Shown here in pieces: positions 1 through 6,891 of a stretch of DNA of 12,353 nt. Location of the stretch: the NCBI GenBank assembly GCA_039815185.1, contig JBCBZT010000102.1:1-12353 (forward strand). Direction: 5' to 3'. Source of the DNA: Cyanobacteria bacterium P01_A01_bin.123 (GTDB taxonomy: Bacteria > Cyanobacteriota > Cyanobacteriia > Phormidesmidales > Phormidesmidaceae). Numbering within the stretch: the stretch's first letter is position 1; each line of letters starts with the position of its first letter. A program made the position numbers and the translations under genes. Below the pieces are notes generated by a model. It made no database searches. It saw only the letters and a list, made by a program, of their open reading frames with translations, and was not told the DNA's origin.

Positions 1-624
1 CAAGTCATCTCCCTCACCCCCGAAGGCTTCAATGGTTGTAGAACTTTCACGGGCATCGAGAACATCGTTTCCTTCACCACCAGAGAAGACGACCTTCTCG
101 ACATCACTGCCTGTCAAGTCACCTACCGTGAGGGAATCATCACCGCCCTGACCATTGATCTCAAACTGTTCAATCCCCTCGTTAGTCAGGGTAAACAGTC
201 CTAGATTGAGTCGGTTGAAGATAGCTTGACCATCTGCTTGACTCAGGTCAAACTCATCGCCCGGGCCATCGGCACCGTTGACTTCGGTAACATCGAAGCC
301 GAGTCCACCATTGATGAAGTCGCTGCCGTCACCATTGTTCCAAATGAAACGGTCATTGCCTGAACCTAAGAAAGCAATATCGTTTCCTGTCTGACCAATA
401 ACAGTGTCATCACCTTTGCCAGCAAAGGCGACATCAATACCAGCACCGCCAATGATAGTGTCATTGCCCTTACCACCGAAAAAGAGATCGTCTTTATCTC
501 CACCTTGTAACTGATCATCATCGTTATCACCAATCAGGATGTCGCCTAATTCTTGAGGGCCAATGGCATCCTCAAATAGGTTGCTGACAATCAGGTTGAC
601 TAAGTAAGTCAGAATAAGATTCAT
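1..624 (-). CDS. RTX/hemolysin-type calcium-binding repeat protein, 5' part (runs off the left window edge; not in the ORF track)
   Basis: Manual translation from ATG at 624 gives 208 open codons: MNLILTYLVNLIVSNLFEDAIGPQELGDILIGDNDDDQLQGGDKDDLFFGGKGNDTIIGGAGIDVAFAGKGDDTVIGQTGNDIAFLGSGNDRFIWNNGDGSDFINGGLGFD...GQGGDDSLTVGDLTGSDVEKVVFSGGEGNDVLDARESSTTIEAFGGEGDDL. Many GGxGxD nonapeptide repeats. A GGAG Shine-Dalgarno-like motif lies at 632-635. Confidence 0.93.
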   Translation of the reverse strand, partial: MNLILTYLVNLIVSNLFEDAIGPQELGDILIGDNDDDQLQGGDKDDLFFGGKGNDTIIGGAGIDVAFAGKGDDTVIGQTGNDIAFLGSGNDRFIWNNGDGSDFINGGLGFDVTEVNGADGPGDEFDLSQADGQAIFNRLNLGLFTLTNEGIEQFEINGQGGDDSLTVGDLTGSDVEKVVFSGGEGNDVLDARESSTTIEAFGGEGDDL

Positions 625-674
625 CTGGATGCTCCTGTATTGCAAATAAAAGAGGTGAGCTATGTTCTTGAGGG

Positions 675-832
675 TTTGTCAGGCAGGCTCAACAGTGCCT
701 TAGCACACACGGCTAAGGCTGCTGTTGCATTGATATTGCTGACAAAAAGAGAGTGTTAGATAAGAGCGCAATGGTTGTCTGGCGGCAAGGTATAACTTAA
801 GCCGAGGGGCAACAACGTTAGCACTTTATCTA
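675..832 (-). promoter_or_regulatory. Structured putative 5' leader of the RTX gene (two nested hairpins)
   Basis: Plus-strand inverted repeats: tttgtcag(g)ca 675-685 / tgctgacaaa 737-746 enclosing caacag..gccttagc / gctaaggc..ctgttg (690-727); tagataagagcgc 757-769 / gcactttatcta 821-832. Confidence 0.5.
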
Positions 833-833
833 G

Positions 834-861
834 ATACGAATGAGGTCAAGAATTGGATGGG
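834..861 (-). promoter_or_regulatory. Putative ECF-sigma promoter P1 (CCATCC-N16-CGTA)
   Basis: Minus strand reads CCCATCCAA ttcttgacct CATTCGTAT, oriented toward the RTX gene. The same motif recurs at 1015-1042. Confidence 0.7.
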
Positions 862-1014
862 ATTAAAATTGAATGTCAATCAAACAGCTTGAAAGCACAC
901 TGGGTGTTGTCCAACTGAAAAAAGCATTCTTTTCATCCATTTACAGTGAGTGCCATGGATAAAAATCCAAAGTTGACCTGAGCAATGAACACCAATTGAT
1001 GCGTTCAATGATTA

Positions 1015-1042
1015 ATACGAATGGAGCTGTGTTTTGGATGGG
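1015..1042 (-). promoter_or_regulatory. Putative ECF-sigma promoter P2 (CCATCC-N16-CGTA)
   Basis: Minus strand reads CCCATCCAA aacacagctc CATTCGTAT. Both 9-bp boxes and the spacer length match P1; the spacer sequence differs. Confidence 0.7.
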
Positions 1043-1160
1043 GTAATTATGGAAAAAAGTTTTCGCCCCGTTCTAAGGCTGTCCACATTCAGCTCCATAG
1101 GGTTTTCTGGTAGCGGCGAAGAGCCGTTGCCCCTACCCATGGTTCTCAATGGGATGAGGA

Positions 1161-1931
1161 TTATATTGTTTGAGCAACAATCGGGCCAGTGGGTTGAGCG
1201 GGTATGGCAGCAGGTTCGATCGTAACGATGACGTCTTTAACCCAAGGCCTGGATTGGTATACGGGAGGCATTGGCAGCGTCGCAAAGACAGTCCCATCTG
1301 GATCAGTTTGAAATTCACCACAGGGAATATATTGGCCTTGGTGAACAACCCAAAGCGCATAGGTTTGGCTATCTGCCAAGGGAGATAGGTTGCTAAATGC
1401 GATCGCAGCTTGCAGCTCGTCAGTATCTACAATCATGCTGCCAAACGCAGTCTGAGCTTCATCTGTGCCTTCAAAGTCATAAAAGCGCGTGGCGGGTTGC
1501 TGCAAAATCAGCGTTGCTTGTTGTGCCGGTTGTGCTGCTAAGAGATCTCGCTGTAGTTGTAAATTAGCCAAACGCAGACGATGGTTAGTCAACCCCAGCA
1601 TCAGTGCCAGCACTGTCGCGCCGCCTGCAAGTATGCCCAGTGCCCAGATTAAACCCGTTCGCTGGGGTGCGACTTGCACAGGATTAGGTTGTATGGGAGA
1701 TGTATTGATCGAGTCTAAGACAGCAGCCCGCAGGTGTGGCGGGGGCTCAACCATTGGCAACTCATCTAGCACTAGACCGATGGTTTTTTCGAGACGATTG
1801 ACCTCTGCCCTCAGTTCAGGGGTTTCAGCAATAAGGTAGGCAAATTCATCAGTTTCTTCAGCTGAGAGATTGCCAGCCACATAGTCAGCTGCCAGTTCGT
1901 CTAATTTTTGATTTTGATCATGAGGAGTCAT
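1161..1931 (-). CDS. Anti-sigma factor, RskA-like (single TM)
   Basis: N-terminal anti-sigma domain (DELAADYVAGNLSAEE...EPPPHLRAAVL), TM segment (LIWALGILAGGATVLALMLGL), coiled coil, and RskA-like C-terminus (YALWVV...IVTIEP...PTGPIV). Directly downstream of an ECF sigma gene. Confidence 0.9.
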   Translation of the reverse strand: MTPHDQNQKLDELAADYVAGNLSAEETDEFAYLIAETPELRAEVNRLEKTIGLVLDELPMVEPPPHLRAAVLDSINTSPIQPNPVQVAPQRTGLIWALGILAGGATVLALMLGLTNHRLRLANLQLQRDLLAAQPAQQATLILQQPATRFYDFEGTDEAQTAFGSMIVDTDELQAAIAFSNLSPLADSQTYALWVVHQGQYIPCGEFQTDPDGTVFATLPMPPVYQSRPWVKDVIVTIEPAAIPAQPTGPIVAQTI

Positions 1932-1974
1932 AGGACAGAGGAGAGGAATTAATCAAAGATAGAGAGGACTGTTG

Positions 1975-2580
1975 CTATTCGACCAAGTCTTGCAACGCTG
2001 CTTTGAGCTTGATTAAGCCCTGACGCATCCGATATTTGACAGTCCCTAAAGGAATATTCGTCTGTTTAACAATTTCGGACTGGCTAAATCCATGATAATA
2101 AGCCAGTGATAAAACTTCACGTTGATTTTGAGGAAGTGCCTGCAAAGCTTCGCGCACCCGTTGTGAGCGTTCCCCAAGTGAAGCCTGCTCTACCGGAATT
2201 GAGAAATTTTCCACGGATGAAGACTGATAAATTAAACGGTTAAATACTCGATGGCGAACACCGCGAGAGCGTACTCGATCAATGGCTCGATTGCGGGTCA
2301 CTGTGCTTAAAAAACGGGCCAGGGAACTACGTGTTGGATCATAGTTTTGTTTCTGCCAAAGGCTGACAAAGATTTCTTGGATCAAATCTTCTGCTTCTGG
2401 CCCACTATTTAAGACTCGAAACGCAATGCTATAAACCAGCCGCGAATAGCGGTCATACAGAACTGCTAATGCGGCTTGGTTGCCTTTTTGCAAGGCCAAG
2501 GCTAAAGTTTCATCCGTTTCGTTCGCCCAAGACGGGGGCTGAACTTTTGCACTCTCTGAAGATGCATTCTCTGAAGACAT
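1975..2580 (-). CDS. ECF (group 4) sigma-70 family RNA polymerase sigma factor, SigK-like
   Basis: 201 aa. Region 2 (ALAVLYDRYSRLVYSIAFRVL...AEDLIQEIFVSLW...RNRAIDRVR) and region 4 (LPQNQREVLSLAYYHGFSQSEI...IPLGTVKYRM). Confidence 0.95.
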   Translation of the reverse strand: MSSENASSESAKVQPPSWANETDETLALALQKGNQAALAVLYDRYSRLVYSIAFRVLNSGPEAEDLIQEIFVSLWQKQNYDPTRSSLARFLSTVTRNRAIDRVRSRGVRHRVFNRLIYQSSSVENFSIPVEQASLGERSQRVREALQALPQNQREVLSLAYYHGFSQSEIVKQTNIPLGTVKYRMRQGLIKLKAALQDLVE

Positions 2581-2686
2581 AGTACGCCTGGGCTAGGGGC
2601 TTGCTATGCAGCGACGACAATTTCAAATCCAGGGAATATCAGCTACAACAATTCCCGATTCATAATACAGCAGGTCGGAGGGACCA

Positions 2687-4750
2687 TCAATTTTTCACAA
2701 ACCCACCGTAGCGAGGTACGTAGCGGGCAATCAATATGCCCTGTACATCATAGAGTTCGATGATGCGCTGATTGTGACTACCCAGGGTAGCAATATGCTG
2801 TAGCAAGCGTCCGGCAGGTTCGGCAAAGGTGGCATCTGGGGCGCTGGTTTGAGTTTGGGGATAGGTCATGGTTTGCGCGATCGCCTGGTCATAGCCTGGG
2901 TTCACCGTAATCCGCAACTGATTAGCGGCAATGGTGTAGTGGCATACCAAGGAGTCGCTGCTGCAAATTTGGTCGAGGTCTTGGGCAAGCTTTTGGAGGT
3001 CAATCGCGTCCCTAAGCTGGCCCGTGGCATGGGTTAAGGCATTACGATAGGGATCTAACAAAGCCTGAGCAGAGCTGACAAGGGCAGTATCTTGGGGCAC
3101 CTGTTGAGCCAGTTCTAAGGCCTGACGCCACTGTTGTACTGCCAGAGTCCATTGATTTTTTTGTTCATATTGCCGTGCTTGTTGGGCGGCACTAATCGCC
3201 TGGGCATAGACGAGATCACCCTGCTGCTCATTTTGTACGCGATCGCGGGCAGCTTGCAAATACTTCCGGTAGTCTTTTAAGAGGGTTTGAGCCTCCTCGT
3301 AGGCCAGCGTACCTTGGGGAATACGTTGGAGAAAGTTGACTGCATTTTCCCATTCTTGGTAAGAAATCTGCCAGGCAGGAAAAGTCTGGGCATTTTCGGT
3401 ATGGTGCATGGCCAACTGTCCAGCTTCCATGCCCCCGCTGAGATTTTTTTCGGCAGCTTGCTCGGCTTCGATACGGTCGTCGATTTCGGCTAAATTGGCT
3501 TCGTATTCTCTCAGTTTGGCTGTCGTGAACGCTTGGATTTGATTATCTGGCGGTAGCTGGCGCAATTGGGCGATCGCCCGCTGCCATAATAACCGCACCT
3601 CAATCCAACGAGGCATAGGATGGGGGGGATTTTGGCTTTTTTCAGCCGCTTCTGTAGCGCTCTGTTGGGCTGTGATTACCTGGTCAAGTAGGGTTGCCTC
3701 GTCGCTGTAGCGGGCCAAGGCCGTCTGGGCTGAACCATGATGGCGAGACCAGGATGGAATTGCCGTCAACAACTGGGTTGCTGTTTGCATATCATCATGG
3801 GCGGCAATCACATCTCCGGGAGACGGCTGAGCCGCTAAACTCCCCAATGCATCTTGATTTAAAGTTTCAGCCTGAGCCAATCGGGGGCAGCTGCCAATGA
3901 CACAGGGGCGACTGAGCACATAACCTGCACTGCCGATGGCAAACAGACCCGCGATCGCGCCCCAAACCCAGCGGGGTAGCGATACCACCTGCTGTTTCCA
4001 GTGATCGAGCTTAGTAATCCAGCTTGGCTGAAAAGTAATGGGTTGGAAGGTAATGGCCAAAGGTTCTGCGTCCCGATCGATGTCAGCAGCATCAGAACTA
4101 GCGCCCGCATCCACAGGCACACTAGCCAACGACTGACTTTGGATAGCCAGCATACCTGTACCTTTTACCTCCCCTGCTTCTTCTACTCCCTCTACTCCCC
4201 CTACTCCCTCTACTCCGCCTGCTTCCTCTGCTCTCTCTACTCCCTCTACTCCCTGTGGCAAGAGCACTACGGCTGACGGCATCGCCGATTCCATCCTCTC
4301 AATAGCGCTGGGTTGGGCAGGTGCTGGGTCTGAGTCGGGTTGTTCCCCAAACACGTCATTGAGGGCATCACTCGCCTGCCAGGTAATGCCGTGGGACTGA
4401 TAAGGGCGGCTTGTCCCGGTATGGCGCAAAAATAGCCGTACTGCAATCTGTTGTCGTTCCGTCAAGGTCTGGCCTAAGGTATCAGGGAAGGGGAGCTCTG
4501 CCAGCAGCGATCGCAAAGCCGCTTCTAGGATCTGCAGTAACTGTTGTGGCAGCAGTGGTTCAGCTTCATGGTGCTCAGCCAATACCAACAGCGTGCTTGG
4601 TTTCGTGGCCAATCGCACCCGCAACCCTTCAATAGACTGTCCTTGGTCGGCCAAAATTTGCAACAACCGTTGGGTCGCTGCGGCCAGTTCTGACAGTTGG
4701 GCGGGCATTGAATTGCCTGACGTTGACGTAACTGACGTTGAAGTGACCAT
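2687..4750 (-). CDS. Hypothetical single-pass membrane protein with C-terminal helical (TPR-like) repeats
   Basis: 687-aa ORF. N-terminal globular segment, acidic low-complexity linker, TM (WVWGAIAGLFAIGSAGYVL), PCVIGSCP, then A/Q-rich helical repeats of the form W..A...L..(I/L/V)P.. Confidence 0.8.
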   Translation of the reverse strand: MVTSTSVTSTSGNSMPAQLSELAAATQRLLQILADQGQSIEGLRVRLATKPSTLLVLAEHHEAEPLLPQQLLQILEAALRSLLAELPFPDTLGQTLTERQQIAVRLFLRHTGTSRPYQSHGITWQASDALNDVFGEQPDSDPAPAQPSAIERMESAMPSAVVLLPQGVEGVERAEEAGGVEGVGGVEGVEEAGEVKGTGMLAIQSQSLASVPVDAGASSDAADIDRDAEPLAITFQPITFQPSWITKLDHWKQQVVSLPRWVWGAIAGLFAIGSAGYVLSRPCVIGSCPRLAQAETLNQDALGSLAAQPSPGDVIAAHDDMQTATQLLTAIPSWSRHHGSAQTALARYSDEATLLDQVITAQQSATEAAEKSQNPPHPMPRWIEVRLLWQRAIAQLRQLPPDNQIQAFTTAKLREYEANLAEIDDRIEAEQAAEKNLSGGMEAGQLAMHHTENAQTFPAWQISYQEWENAVNFLQRIPQGTLAYEEAQTLLKDYRKYLQAARDRVQNEQQGDLVYAQAISAAQQARQYEQKNQWTLAVQQWRQALELAQQVPQDTALVSSAQALLDPYRNALTHATGQLRDAIDLQKLAQDLDQICSSDSLVCHYTIAANQLRITVNPGYDQAIAQTMTYPQTQTSAPDATFAEPAGRLLQHIATLGSHNQRIIELYDVQGILIARYVPRYGGFVKN
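4164..4253. repeat. Degenerate 9-bp in-frame tandem repeat (CTCTACTCC-like; encodes GVE/EEA)
   Basis: tctactccc tctactccc cctactccc tctactccg ... tctactccc tctactccc; the protein reads GVEGVERAEEAGGVEGVGGVEGVEEAGEVK. Confidence 0.85.
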
Positions 4751-4974
4751 AGAAAGCGCTGATTGAGTGACAACCTGAGAACGGTGTAAGCCTGCTGAGC
4801 AGGTTAAACCAGATTCGATTTGAGAATTTTAAGGAAGGGCTAGAGCCTTGCGTTTGTACAGGAAAATCGATGGATCTGGATATGGATCATGTTTAGTCCG
4901 TAGAATCTTACCCAGGAATGGGCGAATCAATCATCAATTTCCCCCACTTGAGTGATAAATCTTGCTAAAAATCA

Positions 4975-5682
4975 ATGAATATCCTAATCGTTGAAGACGA
5001 ATCTGAAATTGCCCAACTCATTAAACTTTATTTGGAAAAAGAAGGCTTCACCTGTCAAACCTGTCGAGACGGCAAACAGGCCCTTGTTTTATTCCAATCC
5101 ACCCAGCCTGATCTGATTGTGCTGGATTTGATGTTACCGGAACTCGACGGCCTCGAAGTCTGCGCCCGCATCCGTCAGCAACCCGGTGATAAAGATCCCT
5201 ACATTCTGATGCTGACCGCCAAAGGGGAAGAAATCGATCGAATCATTGGCCTGTCTACCGGAGCCGATGACTATTTGGTCAAACCTTTTAGCCCCCGCGA
5301 ACTGGTTGCGCGGGTTAGGGCACTGCTACGCCGCAGCTTACGCCACGGCGGTGGCCAGGACAGCCAAACCTACAGCACTACCCATTTCAACCTAGACATG
5401 ACCCAGCGCACAGTGCAGCGCCAACTTGATGAAGCTACCCCCCATCCCTTGGACTTGACCACCCTTGAATTTGAACTGCTCGCAACTTTTATGAGCTACC
5501 CTGGCCGAGTGTGGAACCGGGCCCAGTTAATTGAACGGCTATGGGGTGACGATTTCTATGGCGATGAGCGGGTAGTGGATACCCACGTGGCCCGTCTCCG
5601 CAAAAAGATCGAACCTGACCCCACTAATCCCAGTTTTGTCAAAACCGTCATTGGGGTTGGCTACAAGTTTGAAGATAGTTAA
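4975..5682 (+). CDS. OmpR/PhoB-family DNA-binding response regulator
   Basis: Receiver motifs ILIVEDE, LDLMLP (phospho-Asp), MLTAK, GADDYLVKPF; winged-helix LTTLEFELL...RVVDTHVARLRKKIE...TVIGVGYKF. Confidence 0.97.
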   Translation: MNILIVEDESEIAQLIKLYLEKEGFTCQTCRDGKQALVLFQSTQPDLIVLDLMLPELDGLEVCARIRQQPGDKDPYILMLTAKGEEIDRIIGLSTGADDYLVKPFSPRELVARVRALLRRSLRHGGGQDSQTYSTTHFNLDMTQRTVQRQLDEATPHPLDLTTLEFELLATFMSYPGRVWNRAQLIERLWGDDFYGDERVVDTHVARLRKKIEPDPTNPSFVKTVIGVGYKFEDS

Positions 5683-5685
5683 TGA

Positions 5686-6786
5686 ATGTCTAAGCCCAAT
5701 TTGCAAAGTCGTCTATTTCTCTCCTATCTGATTGTGATGGGAGCAGGTATTGTTACCTTGGCGAGCATTGGCTGGCTCTATTCACCGCGGCTCTTTATTG
5801 TTTCCTTAGAACGCATTGAAGGCCGAGGATTTCGGGTGCAGCAAATGCAAACTCAGCTGGTTAAGGGATTTCAGTTTGCCTGGGCCCGGGGCATGTTGTG
5901 GTCGGTGATTATTGGGGGCAGTGCTGCGGGGGGGTTGAGTTATTTGGTCTCTCAACGGATCGTGCGGCCCCTGCAACAGATGGAAGCGGTCACCGAAAAG
6001 TTTGCCAATGGTCAGCTCGATCAGCGAGTGCCGCCCCAGGTCATTCCTGAATTTAATCGGCTGGCCAGCAGTTTTAACCGGATGGCGACCGATTTAGAAG
6101 GGGTGGAACAACGGCGACGGCAGCTCGTGGGGGATTTAAGCCACGAATTGCGCACGCCCCTAACCATTGTGCGGGGCTATTTGGAAGGGTTAGCCGATGG
6201 CACTGTCGAGACAACGCCCGAGATTTATCGACGCCTCGCCAAAGAAACGAGTCGGCTCCAGCGATTAGTTGATGACCTACAAGAACTCTCTAAGCTTGAG
6301 GCAGGCTATCTTCCGATTCAAATTCAGCCCGTCAATCTGAAGCCCCTATTGGAAAGCTTGATTCAACGATTTGCCGATCAAATTCTGGAAAAGCAAGATT
6401 TAGAGCTCAGCCTCGATTACCCAGAGAAGTTGCCTTTGGTAATGGCTGATCCAGAACGGGTTGAGCAAATCATGGTAAATCTTCTAGGAAACGCGATTCG
6501 CTATACTACATCAGGGTCTGTGACTGTTCGGGCGTGGGAGGCATCTACGCAGGTTTGGATTGCAGTCATTGACACCGGGATAGGGATCGCCTCTGAAGAT
6601 GTTCCCCACGTGTTTGAGCGATTTTGGCGGGCCGATCGGTCCCGCGATCGCAGCTCAGGCGGCACCGGCGTTGGGTTAGCCATTTGTCGGCGGTTGGTGG
6701 AATTGCAGGGCGGTCAGATAGAATTAGAAAGCGAACTAAATCACGGGACAATATTCCGGCTTTATCTTCCGGCTGCAAGTAAATAG
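5686..6786 (+). CDS. Membrane sensor histidine kinase (2 TM, HAMP, HisKA, HATPase_c), cognate to the upstream regulator
   Basis: H-box DLSHELRTPL, N-box NLLGNAIRYT, G1 DTGIGI, F-box VFERFWR, G2 GGTGVGL. Starts 3 nt after the regulator stop codon. Confidence 0.97.
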   Translation: MSKPNLQSRLFLSYLIVMGAGIVTLASIGWLYSPRLFIVSLERIEGRGFRVQQMQTQLVKGFQFAWARGMLWSVIIGGSAAGGLSYLVSQRIVRPLQQMEAVTEKFANGQLDQRVPPQVIPEFNRLASSFNRMATDLEGVEQRRRQLVGDLSHELRTPLTIVRGYLEGLADGTVETTPEIYRRLAKETSRLQRLVDDLQELSKLEAGYLPIQIQPVNLKPLLESLIQRFADQILEKQDLELSLDYPEKLPLVMADPERVEQIMVNLLGNAIRYTTSGSVTVRAWEASTQVWIAVIDTGIGIASEDVPHVFERFWRADRSRDRSSGGTGVGLAICRRLVELQGGQIELESELNHGTIFRLYLPAASK

Positions 6787-6891
6787 ATGTGTCCTAACGA
6801 TCTGGATCACAGCCATTAGGGATAGCAAAGATTATCTTAATCCGTACGTGTTTTAGGTTCCCTGCTCCTCGCATCATTAGATGCAAGCGCT

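Noticed and set aside
627..635. GGAGCATCC shared between the RTX RBS region (minus strand) and the junction at ~12215
   Set aside because: A 9-bp match explained by the Shine-Dalgarno sequence and chance; no extended similarity.
834..1042. Twin motif read as a CRISPR array or attC-like repeats
   Set aside because: Only two copies, each with a variable centre, non-palindromic, 181 bp apart, and no cas or integrase gene in the window.
1132..1159. cccat/atggg hairpin after the anti-sigma stop as an intrinsic terminator
   Set aside because: Weak 5-bp core stem with no U-tract on the minus strand.
1..1398. Absence of HIP1 as evidence of horizontal acquisition
   Set aside because: Longer HIP1-free gaps occur elsewhere in the window (e.g. 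4515-6643), so this is not significant.
1034..1839. Short ORFs 1034-1225, 1133-1360, 1170-1388 and 1489-1839
   Set aside because: Antisense or off-frame shadows of the anti-sigma gene with no recognisable motifs.
2849..4773. Short ORFs within the 687-aa gene, including the YSLYSPYSLYS repeat ORF at 4001-4276
   Set aside because: Shadow frames; the repetitive peptide is just the antisense reading of the 9-bp tract.
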